Positions 9,951 to 19,837 of a DNA stretch of 64,000 bases are shown piece by piece. How positions within the stretch are numbered: the first letter of the stretch is position 1; each line of letters opens with the position of its first letter. The position numbers and the translations under genes are program-made. The notes beneath the pieces are model-generated. The model was not told the DNA's origin and ran no database searches. It was given only the letters and a program-made list of their open reading frames with translations. Origin of the DNA: an archaeon (lineage in GTDB: Archaea; Nanobdellota; Nanobdellia; Woesearchaeales; UBA9642); the NCBI GenBank assembly GCA_020057295.1, contig JAGVGF010000002.1, positions 160,001 through 224,000 of the forward strand, read 5' to 3'.

Positions 9951-11786
9951 TTATTCTTTCTTTTCTTCAACAACAGGTGTTTCACTTTTAACTTCATGCG
10001 TGTGTTTATGTTTCCTGCTGTATAATGATTGTCCACATTTAGCGCATTTTCTTCTGAGCCTTGAATTTTTATGTCCGCAATGTGGACACTTTCTTCTGCC
10101 GAATATTATTAATAGTAATAGTATTATTATTAATATTATCAATCCGTATGTTACATAATCAAAGCTCACTAATTTGAATGCGTATTCTCCATACACTGTT
10201 TTTATTAGAGCGTTCTCTCTTTGTCCATAATATCCTTTAACTTTTACCAAAGGATTATTTTGTATATCAGCATCACTCATTACTACTTCTACAGGTATCT
10301 TTGTCTTGTCTCCTATTTTTAGTAATACTGCTTCCGGTGATGATATTGTGATATATTCTCCATTGATATATAGATCTAGTATTTCTAAACTAACATAACT
10401 ATCTACTGTGCCTATATTTTGAATTGTGATTATGAATTTACCTTTACCCTTATCATATGAGACATCTGTTATATTTATTCTGGAATCATCTAATATTTCT
10501 ACATTCTCAACCGATATATCTCCTTCTAAAACGTTTTCTAGTGATCTTTTACCTTCACCAAATAATGTATATATTTTAGCTGTAATATTTTCTCCTTCTA
10601 GAACTACATCATAAGTTATTGTTTTATACTGGTTCTTATCTATAAATATTGGATCTTGATCTCCAACAACCTTATTTTGTCCATTAGCGGTTATGGTTAT
10701 AGTTCCTTTTAAATATGCTCCCAGATTTGCCTTGTTCTTATATGTTACCCATAAAGAATTTGTGGCTTTATTATACATTATACTATATATTCCTAAGTCT
10801 ACTGCATATCTCGGCATCTGAAATTTATCTAAGTCTTCTACTGTTGCTATTGGTCCAGTAGGCGTTCTTGAACCTTGTGCAAATTTCACGAATACACTTA
10901 ATCCTAACTGTCTTCTTATAGCCGTTGCAGAATTTATTAGTTCGTTTCCTATTAATACTGCTACTTGAAAATCTGATGCTTTAATATATTCTTGTACTTG
11001 AGATGGTACTGTTCCTCTACCAATAAATAATACAGGATCATCTCCCGACATTATGCTCGATTCTATGAATTCTCCATTGCTCATTAATATTTGCTTAGAG
11101 TTTCTGACTTTTTGATATAATTTTACTATTTCTATATTATTATCAAATCTATCTCCCTTATTTATTGTTTCTGGATTATATTTTGCGAGTCTCGTTTTTA
11201 CAGCTTCATCTACCTGTCCAAGTATTATTAATTTACTAGGTTTTGCATCTGTTAAGAATGTATCTACAGCTCCTATGTTTCGTTCACTAGTAAATATTAC
11301 ATAATACTTATCTATAACAGCATATGATGCTGCTGATAATGCATTATATCCGTAAGCATCATCTACTATAATATATTTAGTTACTATTTTATCTTTGTTT
11401 AATCTTTTTGCCAGGTCTAAATTTGCCGTGTTTGTAACTATCTCTTCTACATTAGTATATCCTTGAGCATCCATTACACTTTTATAATTTATGACATAGG
11501 GTTGTGATCTTGATGATACTATTAACGTTCCGTTAGCTTCTTTTGGTATAGAATATAGTAGTATTGTTCCATGCCTAGAACTTGTTAGAAACAAGCCTGG
11601 TTTCTTATCAATCAGACTAGCATATAACGTTGCAGAGTATACATCTTTCCAATCTGCAGAATTTGAAACAACTTTTTCTAAAGCTAAACTTGATGGAATA
11701 CATATCAATATCATAAGAACTATTATAACTAATGATGTTTTGTTAATAAAACTATTTTTAGACGTATTACCAAAAGTATTATTCAT
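9951..11786 (-). CDS. Surface protein with cell-wall-binding-repeat-2-like N-terminus, Ig/CARDB-like domains, TM and cytoplasmic zinc ribbon
   Basis: LIILGQVDEAV, I.KGDRFDNN, VLIGNELIN; I.N.G motifs; TM followed by CPHCG..N....CAKCG. Confidence 0.65.
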   Translation of the reverse strand: MNNTFGNTSKNSFINKTSLVIIVLMILICIPSSLALEKVVSNSADWKDVYSATLYASLIDKKPGLFLTSSRHGTILLYSIPKEANGTLIVSSRSQPYVINYKSVMDAQGYTNVEEIVTNTANLDLAKRLNKDKIVTKYIIVDDAYGYNALSAASYAVIDKYYVIFTSERNIGAVDTFLTDAKPSKLIILGQVDEAVKTRLAKYNPETINKGDRFDNNIEIVKLYQKVRNSKQILMSNGEFIESSIMSGDDPVLFIGRGTVPSQVQEYIKASDFQVAVLIGNELINSATAIRRQLGLSVFVKFAQGSRTPTGPIATVEDLDKFQMPRYAVDLGIYSIMYNKATNSLWVTYKNKANLGAYLKGTITITANGQNKVVGDQDPIFIDKNQYKTITYDVVLEGENITAKIYTLFGEGKRSLENVLEGDISVENVEILDDSRINITDVSYDKGKGKFIITIQNIGTVDSYVSLEILDLYINGEYITISSPEAVLLKIGDKTKIPVEVVMSDADIQNNPLVKVKGYYGQRENALIKTVYGEYAFKLVSFDYVTYGLIILIIILLLLIIFGRRKCPHCGHKNSRLRRKCAKCGQSLYSRKHKHTHEVKSETPVVEEKKE

Positions 11787-11896
11787 TCACCCACCAGATT
11801 AAAATATACGCTCAATTAGTATTTAAATGTTATGTTATTTTTTGTGATTTAATAAATGATATTTTGTGCTTAAATTTGAGTTCTATGTTATGCGTA

Positions 11897-11947
11897 TTTT
11901 GTGCTTGGATGAGCACAAAAACAGAATTAATGCGAAACATTTATATA
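11897..11947 (+). promoter_or_regulatory. Inverted repeat TTTTGTGCT-N6-AGCACAAAA plus BRE/TATA (CGAAACATTTATATA) upstream of the family-B cluster
   Basis: 9-bp arms at 11897-11905 and 11912-11920; the 15-mer at 11933-11947 is identical to 54716-54730. Confidence 0.55.
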
Positions 11948-12045
11948 GCCGTATACATATTTGTATATTGATTTGGTATTTTGATACACAGGAGCGTGTA
12001 CCCATTTATGATTTCATATAAACTACAATAAATTTAAACAAAAAA

Positions 12046-12978
12046 ATGATTAAATCAAATAGTATCCTATTAGTGATATTGACATTTCTACTTGTTGGTT
12101 CTATATTAACCATTCTGCCTGTATCCTTTGCTGCAAATATTGTTGGTGGTAATTATAAGAATATTACAGTCCATACTTCTGTTAACATTAGTAATTCTAA
12201 TCCTGAAGTTTTAGCAATGATAGTATATGATACAACTAATGTTTCCTTGAACAATCTCACTCTTAATGCGGGTGCAACAAAATCTATTACATGTAATGCT
12301 AGTGTTAGAGACTGGAATGGATTTAATGATATTGTTAAAGTAAATGCAACATTGTGGCATGAAGCAACATCAACATATAATGCCAGTAATGATAATAGTT
12401 CGCATTATACTAACACTTCATGCATTCTAAATTATAGCACAGGAACGTATACTGGTGTTTATACATGTACCTTTGACACAATGTATTATTCAAACAATGG
12501 TACGTGGATATGTAATGTTACAACTACTGATAATTATAATGCTACAGGATCACTAACGAATACAACATATATTTATCCATTGTACGCTTTAAACATTACT
12601 GATGGAATTGATTATGGTAATGTTCCTGTTGAAGGAATGTCAAACGATATTCAAGCTAACATAACTAATTTTGGTAACATGGGAATCAACATTAGTGTAG
12701 AAGGATATGCTATTACTAGAGGTGATGGTCTGGCAATGAATTGCAGCATTTTTGGTAATATTCCTGTAAATTATGAAAAATTCGCTCTGGATAATAACAC
12801 TGTTTATGCTTCGAAGAATACATTAACCACTACTCCCGGAATGATTCCTGGATTGACAATGCCAAAACAAATTAATAGTACATTGATACTTAATTCAACA
12901 TATTGGCAATTATACATTCCACCAAATCCAGCAGGTAATTGTTCAGGATTCATAATATTCAGTGCAGAAGCACCATAA
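12046..12978 (+). CDS. Secreted glycoprotein, family B (putative fibre subunit)
   Basis: Close paralogue of 1255-2184 (AANIVG.NYKN.TV.TSVNI.NSNPEV ... IFSAEAP). Confidence 0.88.
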   Translation: MIKSNSILLVILTFLLVGSILTILPVSFAANIVGGNYKNITVHTSVNISNSNPEVLAMIVYDTTNVSLNNLTLNAGATKSITCNASVRDWNGFNDIVKVNATLWHEATSTYNASNDNSSHYTNTSCILNYSTGTYTGVYTCTFDTMYYSNNGTWICNVTTTDNYNATGSLTNTTYIYPLYALNITDGIDYGNVPVEGMSNDIQANITNFGNMGINISVEGYAITRGDGLAMNCSIFGNIPVNYEKFALDNNTVYASKNTLTTTPGMIPGLTMPKQINSTLILNSTYWQLYIPPNPAGNCSGFIIFSAEAP

Positions 12979-13094
12979 ACTTTTCTAAATTTTTTTATTT
13001 TTTTTAATTAATATTCTTATATTTTAGGAAACTATAAAAATAGGTATTCTCAAGTAAGTGTTATTTCAGTAGTTTGATCGCTAAGGGTGGGTGT

Positions 13095-15830
13095 TTGAAG
13101 AAATTATTTTATAAAAAAGTACTATTTATGTTGTGCTTGTTTGTATTATCATTAATTATTCTTGATACTGTTATTGCTGTAGATGGATTTGTAGCATATA
13201 GATCAAATACTGGAGTAAGTACGACTAGTTCTCCTAAAATTCGTTATTGGAATAATACTGCGAATGCAGGGAATGGTTCTTGGAGTGCTGAAATTGAACT
13301 TGCAAGTGCAGGCAGCCCTGTAAGATTTGTTGTATTAAAGCAATCACCTGTCGATTCTAAAATCGTTCTTGTAACATCAAGCGATGATGGAAATATGGAT
13401 GGATATATTTGCATGAAAAATTGTGATAATGCGAGTTATTGGGATTATACTTCTAATATCGGAACTGTCAGTTTGGTTTCTTCTCAAAGAGGATTTGACA
13501 TTGCGTTCGAATCCAATAGCGGTGATGCACTGCTCGTGTATGGAATTGTGAGTGCAAATGCCGCGCAAGATTTAGCATTCCAAGAGTTGCCTGTTTCAAC
13601 AACAAGTTTTAACGGATTAACGGAACAATATATTAATGATGGAGGACATGCTACTGATCTTGTATATATGTGGATAGGGATGGATAATAATCCATTGACA
13701 ACATCTAATGAAATAATTATTGCAGCATTCGATGATACAAATAATGATTATAATGCATGGGTATGGAGCGGTTCAGCATTTGGAGCGTTAAATGCTATCA
13801 CAACAGGAGCTACAGGAACATCAAATAGAGAGGCTCATGCTGTGAGATATGCTGCGGATGGAAGCAAAGGAATGGTTGTAAGCGGTACTGGTGGAGCTGG
13901 AGCGATAAATTCTGAGTATTGGAGTGCAGGCGCTTGGACCGTTGTTGCAGCTATAGATGAAGATGCAGGTGATGGAGCTGCAGATGTTCAATGGCTTAGT
14001 TTGAAAGCAGATCCGTCAACAGATGATTTGCAACTCGTTTTTCAGGCAAGCACTTCAGACTTGGGAACCGCGTACTGGAATGGTGGACCTACATGGGCTG
14101 TAACTTCGAACATTGACACAGGAGTTGATGTTGCAACGGCACGAACTGCAGATTTTTCATGGAATCCTACTGGAAGTACCGGACAATTAGTTTGGGATAC
14201 TGATGGTGCTGGAACAACATTAAGTCAAAGAACCTGTGCTCCGCAATGTACTGCTGCAGGATTAACTGTTTCAACATATGCTGGAACTGGTGCATGGGTA
14301 ACTTTATTTAGAAATCCCACTACTGAACTCGTAAAATTTTTAGGATTTAGATTAAACAATGCATTCGATATAGGATCGTTCTGGTATAATGGAACTGGAG
14401 CCCTTAATTATACTAATTATGCAGACAATGTGATAACAGGAGACACGACAGTTACAACATTCGAATCGTATTTCTTTGATTATAGAAGAGATGTTCGTCC
14501 ACCCGGATTAACAATTATCACGCCTAATCAGAGTAATATACTTCAATGGCAAAATTATATTTATTTTAATATGTCATCGAATGAGTATTTATCAATTGCA
14601 ATCCTTGATTTTAATGGAACAAATTATACTATGAATATGTCAACAGATATGAATTGGTATTATAATCTGACGAGCTTGAACGAAGGTTTGTATTCGTACA
14701 AAATTTATGGAATTGATCTGGCTAATAATACTAATGTTACGCCAACTTGGAATATCACTATAAATTTTCCACCGAATATAACTTTAATTAATCCTCCTAA
14801 TAATACGTTAAATATTACGACTGGGAATATTACTTTTTATTATAATGTTACTGACACTTTAAATAATGTTAGTACTTGTTCTTTAATTATTGATGGACTC
14901 TTTGGTGTCGTTAATACAACAACCAGTCCTGTTAATGAAACGACTACACTAAATTTTACGTACTTATTAACTAATGGTCAACACAATTGGAGTATATGGT
15001 GTAATGATACAAACAATTTTAACAGCACATCAGAAATGAGAAATATTACTATAGCTCTTGATCCTATTATATTATCGATGGATATAACAGATAATCTTTT
15101 ACCTTCAGGCGAAGTAATACTTAATGCTGGGTCAACTAGATTTGTGAATTGTACTATAATAGCTAGCGATCCACAAGGTACTGGAAATATTGCTAATGCC
15201 ACGGCAATGTTCTATTATTATTTAAACAAATCTAATGATCCAGATGATAATTGGGTACATTATACTAACACTTCATGCGTTGTTGCAAATATTACGTTGC
15301 AGAACAAAACTTTTAGTTGTGGTTTTTATCCATGGTATTATGCTAATAATGGTACATGGTATTGTAACGCTACTATAACAAATAATGATTCTTTATCAGC
15401 ATCTAATAATACTTCAACAATTATACAGTCTTTATATGCTTTGAACGTTACAGATGGTATTGATTTTGGTAATGTGGAATCTGAAGTTTCCTCGCTAAAT
15501 GTTACAGCAAATATTACTAACATTGGCAACATGGCAGTAAATATAACAATACAAGGATATGCTTTAGCTATTGGTGATAATACAGGAATGAACTGCAGTG
15601 ATAATACTAATATCACAATTACTCGAATAAAATTTTCTAAAATTACTACTGACGATTACACGACTAAAACCTCTTTAACTGGCAGTGTTCAAAATTTAAA
15701 TTTACAAATCCCTCGTCAAACAAATTTAACTCAAATGATTAACACTACTTATTGGCAAGTTAATCCAGATCCAGGAATATCAACAAGGATATGCACAGGA
15801 TACGTGATATTTACTGCTGAGGTTCCATAA
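13095..15830 (+). CDS. Large family-B protein with extra N-terminal beta-rich (propeller-like) domain and Ig repeats; putative tip adhesin
   Basis: C-terminal ~250 aa match family B (YANNGTW.CN, YALNVTDGIDFG, YWQV...G.C.GYVIFTAEVP); repeated W..S/G.W motifs at the N-terminus; TTG start after a GGGTGGGTG SD (ORF track start 13074). Confidence 0.8.
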   Translation: MKKLFYKKVLFMLCLFVLSLIILDTVIAVDGFVAYRSNTGVSTTSSPKIRYWNNTANAGNGSWSAEIELASAGSPVRFVVLKQSPVDSKIVLVTSSDDGNMDGYICMKNCDNASYWDYTSNIGTVSLVSSQRGFDIAFESNSGDALLVYGIVSANAAQDLAFQELPVSTTSFNGLTEQYINDGGHATDLVYMWIGMDNNPLTTSNEIIIAAFDDTNNDYNAWVWSGSAFGALNAITTGATGTSNREAHAVRYAADGSKGMVVSGTGGAGAINSEYWSAGAWTVVAAIDEDAGDGAADVQWLSLKADPSTDDLQLVFQASTSDLGTAYWNGGPTWAVTSNIDTGVDVATARTADFSWNPTGSTGQLVWDTDGAGTTLSQRTCAPQCTAAGLTVSTYAGTGAWVTLFRNPTTELVKFLGFRLNNAFDIGSFWYNGTGALNYTNYADNVITGDTTVTTFESYFFDYRRDVRPPGLTIITPNQSNILQWQNYIYFNMSSNEYLSIAILDFNGTNYTMNMSTDMNWYYNLTSLNEGLYSYKIYGIDLANNTNVTPTWNITINFPPNITLINPPNNTLNITTGNITFYYNVTDTLNNVSTCSLIIDGLFGVVNTTTSPVNETTTLNFTYLLTNGQHNWSIWCNDTNNFNSTSEMRNITIALDPIILSMDITDNLLPSGEVILNAGSTRFVNCTIIASDPQGTGNIANATAMFYYYLNKSNDPDDNWVHYTNTSCVVANITLQNKTFSCGFYPWYYANNGTWYCNATITNNDSLSASNNTSTIIQSLYALNVTDGIDFGNVESEVSSLNVTANITNIGNMAVNITIQGYALAIGDNTGMNCSDNTNITITRIKFSKITTDDYTTKTSLTGSVQNLNLQIPRQTNLTQMINTTYWQVNPDPGISTRICTGYVIFTAEVP

Positions 15831-15942
15831 GATAAGATATATTATTATAATATATTTTACCATATTTTAATTTATACAATTTGGTCGTTACAACAGAAAA
15901 TTTATAAAAGCTTAAAGTAGAGTTATATTGGTGGGTGGTATA

Positions 15943-16872
15943 TTGAAAGATACCTCACGGTATGTTTTTATGGTGTTTGTGATAGTTTTGTTGTTTATTA
16001 TAGTATTATTGCCGTCGAGTATTGCTCCAAATATTGTTGGCAGTAATTATAAAAATGTTACTGTGATGACTAAATTAAATATTAGTAATTCTAGACCAGA
16101 AATATTGTCGATGATTGTATATGATGCTACTAATTCTTCATTATTTAATATTACTGTAAATGCAGGCGCATTTAAAACTATAAGTTGTAATGCTAGCGTT
16201 AGAGACTGGAACGGATTCAGTGATATAACTAATGTTAATGCAACGTTATATCATATTACTAATAATTCCATCGGTCCCGACAATAACAATACACATTATA
16301 CTAACACTTCATGTAATCTGAATGCTAGCACAGGAACGTATACGGGATGGTATGTTTGTAATTTCGATGTTATATATTATGCTAATAATGGTACATGGAA
16401 TTGTAATGTTACTTTAAAGGATACAAAAAATTCTACAGGATCACTCTATAATTCAACTTTCTTGTATGGTGTTTATGCACTGAACATCACTGACGGTATA
16501 GATTATGGCAGTTTGTTAACTGGCGATTTTTCTAATAATCTTACAGCCAACATAACTAATTTTGGTAATATGGGAATTAATGTTAGTGTAGAAGGATACG
16601 CTTTTACTAGAGGTGATGGTCTGGCAATGAATTGTAGTACTAATGGTAATATAACTGTTGGTAACGAAAAATTCTCTACATCTCAAGTAGATTATGCTTC
16701 TAAAATTGCGCTAACTAGTTCTCCGGCACTGATTCCTGGATTGACAATCTCAAAACAAATCAACGATACAGTTGTTGTTAATACTACTTATTGGCAATTA
16801 TATGTTGATTCAACAAATGTTCCAGCAGGAATATGTACTGGATTTATAATATTTAGTGCAGAGGCACCTTAG
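15943..16872 (+). CDS. Secreted glycoprotein, family B
   Basis: Paralogue ending IFSAEAP; TTG start after a GGTGGGTGG SD (ORF track start 15928). Confidence 0.85.
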   Translation: MKDTSRYVFMVFVIVLLFIIVLLPSSIAPNIVGSNYKNVTVMTKLNISNSRPEILSMIVYDATNSSLFNITVNAGAFKTISCNASVRDWNGFSDITNVNATLYHITNNSIGPDNNNTHYTNTSCNLNASTGTYTGWYVCNFDVIYYANNGTWNCNVTLKDTKNSTGSLYNSTFLYGVYALNITDGIDYGSLLTGDFSNNLTANITNFGNMGINVSVEGYAFTRGDGLAMNCSTNGNITVGNEKFSTSQVDYASKIALTSSPALIPGLTISKQINDTVVVNTTYWQLYVDSTNVPAGICTGFIIFSAEAP

Positions 16873-16873
16873 A

Positions 16874-18088
16874 ATGAATATTATTAAAAAAAATATTTAT
16901 ATTATATTAACATTAAGTTTTGTTCTATGTCTATTATTGGTTGGTGTTGTTAATGCTGTAGGTATTTCTGTAACTAAAGGAGAAATAATTTTTGGCAATG
17001 TTTTAAAAGATGGTTATGCTGAAGATACATTTTTTGTATCTACTGATGCGCCATTTGACGTTCCTTTATCTTATGAATTAGGTGGCGATATTAAGAAATG
17101 GGTTACTATAGATCCTGATCTTAATGATCCGAACATAACAGTAACTGTTAATAATACTAAATATCAACCTATTAGAGTAGTTATTACTCCTCCAGCAGAT
17201 ACGCCTATTGGTGATTACACAGGTTTTATCAGAATAATTACTGGGGCAATAAATAAACCTGGAGGACAATATGGTACTAATCTTCAGGCAGCGTTTCTTG
17301 TTAGAATAAGAATTAGTGTTACAGGTACAGAATATCTTTCTTGCAGTGCTGGAGGTATAATTATTAGAGATACTGAAGTTGGTATGCCTCTAGAGTATTA
17401 TATGTCAGTTAGTAATAGTGGAAATATACGTGTTCGTCCGAATGCTACTGTTGATATTTGGAATCAGGATCAGACAAAATTATTAACAACAAAACAATTG
17501 TTATTTAATGATGTTGAGGTTTTACCGACAACTTCTAAAGCATTTACTAACAAATTTGGTGCAGATCTTCGTGTAGGACAATACTGGGGATACGCTACAG
17601 TATATCCTTGTGAAACTACACAATTAGTAACGTTCAATGTCTATGAAAAGGGTGGAATAGTAGATAATGGTGACTTTATTAGAATTGATAATCCTTCATG
17701 GGCAAAAATTGGTGATGTTTTACCAATAGCAGCAGTGTTCAAAAATCTTGGTACACGTACGGTTAGCGCAAAATTCAAAGGAGTCATAACTTCTGATAAT
17801 AGGATTATTGAAACTATAGACACCGAATTTTATGATGTTGCACCAGGAGAAATTAGCACTATACAAACATATTTTACACCTAAAAAATTAGGACAATACA
17901 TTATTACTGGTAGAATATTATATAATAATAAGTTAAGTTTTGAAAAAAGCTCTGTCATAACTGTTAATGAAGGTGTAGAATCACAATTTAGTTGGATATA
18001 TATTTTGATACTAATAATTATAATAATAGTTATATTACTATTGTTAATACGTATTAGAAAAAAGAAACATAAAATTAATAGATTATAA
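16874..18088 (+). CDS. Membrane-anchored multi-Ig protein, DUF916/DUF3324 (WxL-interacting)/PapD-like; putative assembly chaperone or anchor
   Basis: Signal; ITPPADTPIGDYTGFI; VSNSGNIRVRP; FKNLG; C-terminal TM plus RKKKHK; ATG 1 nt after the family-B stop. Confidence 0.65.
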   Translation: MNIIKKNIYIILTLSFVLCLLLVGVVNAVGISVTKGEIIFGNVLKDGYAEDTFFVSTDAPFDVPLSYELGGDIKKWVTIDPDLNDPNITVTVNNTKYQPIRVVITPPADTPIGDYTGFIRIITGAINKPGGQYGTNLQAAFLVRIRISVTGTEYLSCSAGGIIIRDTEVGMPLEYYMSVSNSGNIRVRPNATVDIWNQDQTKLLTTKQLLFNDVEVLPTTSKAFTNKFGADLRVGQYWGYATVYPCETTQLVTFNVYEKGGIVDNGDFIRIDNPSWAKIGDVLPIAAVFKNLGTRTVSAKFKGVITSDNRIIETIDTEFYDVAPGEISTIQTYFTPKKLGQYIITGRILYNNKLSFEKSSVITVNEGVESQFSWIYILILIIIIIVILLLLIRIRKKKHKINRL

Positions 18089-18124
18089 AATATATTCAAC
18101 ACACTATATTAATAAGGTGATGCT

Positions 18125-18916
18125 ATGTTCTGGCCGTTTCATAAAGAGGTGAAGTTAGTATGTTTCGACATAGATAATACTTTATGTGATTCTGGTTCTG
18201 CAGAGAGTGAAACAGAAGCTTACATGGCTGAAATCATAGCTAAAGATATTAAAAAATTACAATCAAAAGTTAAACGTAAAATTAAACATTCTTGTTCATC
18301 AGTTACTATATTAAAAATTTTTAATGATATAAAAAATTCACATATGCATCATGACTTAGAACCAGAAGGATTTTCTAGAAATTTATGGTTTAAAGAAACT
18401 ATCGAACATTTAGATAATGATACTAATCTAGGTATAAGTATGAATACATTAATAAAAAATTCTGACATGTATGAAAAGAAATATTGGGATTTTCTGAGTA
18501 GTAAAGCAAAACTATTTCCCAATACTTTATCGACTTTAGATAGTTTAAGGTCTAAAGGGTTAAAGTTAGCTACTATAACTGATTCTGATGGTAAGAGAGA
18601 AATTAAAATTAATCGTATAAAAACTACTGGTTTAGATAAATATTTTGATTATGTAATAACTACTGACGATACAGGATTAAATAAGCCCGCTATAGAAAAT
18701 TGGCAACATTTAGTAAAAATTTCAGGACTTAAACCGTCAGAATGTATAATGGTTGGTGATCATCCAGATATAGACTTAGTTAATGCAAAAAAATTAGGTT
18801 TTATTACAGTGTGGACTAAAGAACATTTGAACATGGATTTACACCATAAATATGTGAACTATGAAATTAAAGATATAAAAGAAGTTATTGACATAGTTGA
18901 GAAAATAAATAGATAA
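18125..18916 (+). CDS. HAD-superfamily hydrolase (YjjG-like)
   Basis: FDIDNTL, ITDS, KP, MVGDHPDID motifs. Confidence 0.92.
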   Translation: MFWPFHKEVKLVCFDIDNTLCDSGSAESETEAYMAEIIAKDIKKLQSKVKRKIKHSCSSVTILKIFNDIKNSHMHHDLEPEGFSRNLWFKETIEHLDNDTNLGISMNTLIKNSDMYEKKYWDFLSSKAKLFPNTLSTLDSLRSKGLKLATITDSDGKREIKINRIKTTGLDKYFDYVITTDDTGLNKPAIENWQHLVKISGLKPSECIMVGDHPDIDLVNAKKLGFITVWTKEHLNMDLHHKYVNYEIKDIKEVIDIVEKINR

Positions 18917-18935
18917 TTTTCATTATTTGATTGTG

Positions 18936-19337
18936 TTATATGTTTTTTATCTTGTCTAACAAGTCTTTGTATGTGTCATATTCTATGATTTTTTCAGCAT
19001 TTTTTCTAAATTCAGAAAAATCTAAGTCTTTTTTTATGATTAGTATTATTTTCTTTTTTAATTCAATAGCTTTTTCTAATTCCAATTTCATTCCATAACT
19101 TGGATCTTCGGATTTTATAAACGCTAAGAATATATCTGTGTCACATAATTTATTCGTACAAAAGCTATATATTTCCTCTGTTGTTAGTTTCTTTCTTCTG
19201 AATTCTTCCTCGAGATTTATAGAGCAAAAAACTTCATGTTCGTTCTTTTCCAATATGTTTGTGATGTTATTGAGTGTTTTCTTTAATTCAGAAATATTTT
19301 CTCCAGTGAATCTGTATGAAAGAAAAATTTGTGTCAT
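18936..19337 (-). CDS. Nucleoside 2-deoxyribosyltransferase-like protein
   Basis: IFLSYRFTG, D.FLAF, S.GM.LEL..A...KK.IIL pattern. Confidence 0.65.
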   Translation of the reverse strand: MTQIFLSYRFTGENISELKKTLNNITNILEKNEHEVFCSINLEEEFRRKKLTTEEIYSFCTNKLCDTDIFLAFIKSEDPSYGMKLELEKAIELKKKIILIIKKDLDFSEFRKNAEKIIEYDTYKDLLDKIKNI

Positions 19338-19837
19338 TAATTATTCACAACAATCAATCTCCTAGATTTGGATACGAAGTTCATCAATTTTCCATCTTTG
19401 TACTTGCCACATCCTAAGAAATCTTGTCGACCATCTGTATTAGTATATTTTGTTATAACAAAATGTCTTCCTGTATCTTCAAACTCCAAGTCCACACCTT
19501 TAATCCATTCAATCATTTGTTCATGATTTAATTCTACAACGTTTTTTGTAGACTCGGGACCAATCATTTGACTACCTTCAATACTTAATCTTAAACTTTC
19601 TTTATATAATTCTCCAAAGTACATTCCTATACTATCAATTTTTAATTTGTCATAAGGAAGTCTTTCAATGTTTCTGGATACTAAATATATCCTGTTATCT
19701 TTATTCATTAACATTATATATTCTAATTCTGTTCTTGTAGCATTATATCCGTATTGTTCTTCTAATTTTTCTAGAATATTCTTAGTCTCTCTAGAATTTA
19801 GAATTTTCATATTATTAATGAAATGTATATTATGCAT
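19337..19837 (-). CDS. NIP7/RsmF-like PUA-domain RNA-binding protein (start may be MKILNS at 19810)
   Basis: GMYFGEL...RLSIEGSQMIG...KNVVEL...W..G.D; FLGCGK. Confidence 0.8.
   Translation of the reverse strand: MHNIHFINNMKILNSRETKNILEKLEEQYGYNATRTELEYIMLMNKDNRIYLVSRNIERLPYDKLKIDSIGMYFGELYKESLRLSIEGSQMIGPESTKNVVELNHEQMIEWIKGVDLEFEDTGRHFVITKYTNTDGRQDFLGCGKYKDGKLMNFVSKSRRLIVVNN

Noticed and set aside
11985-12000. TACAC-AGGAGC-GTGTA hairpin resembling a CsrA site
   Set aside because: Single 5-bp stem, and CsrA is a bacterial regulator; too weak to call
1255-16872. Family-B paralogues as type IV pilins or archaellins
   Set aside because: No class III signal (K/R-G followed by a hydrophobic mature N-terminus); signals look like SPase I type, and no pilus ATPase or TadC gene is in the window
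1255-16872. Paralogous repeats as template/variable regions of a diversity-generating retroelement
   Set aside because: No reverse transcriptase in the window; all copies are intact genes and differences are not confined to adenines
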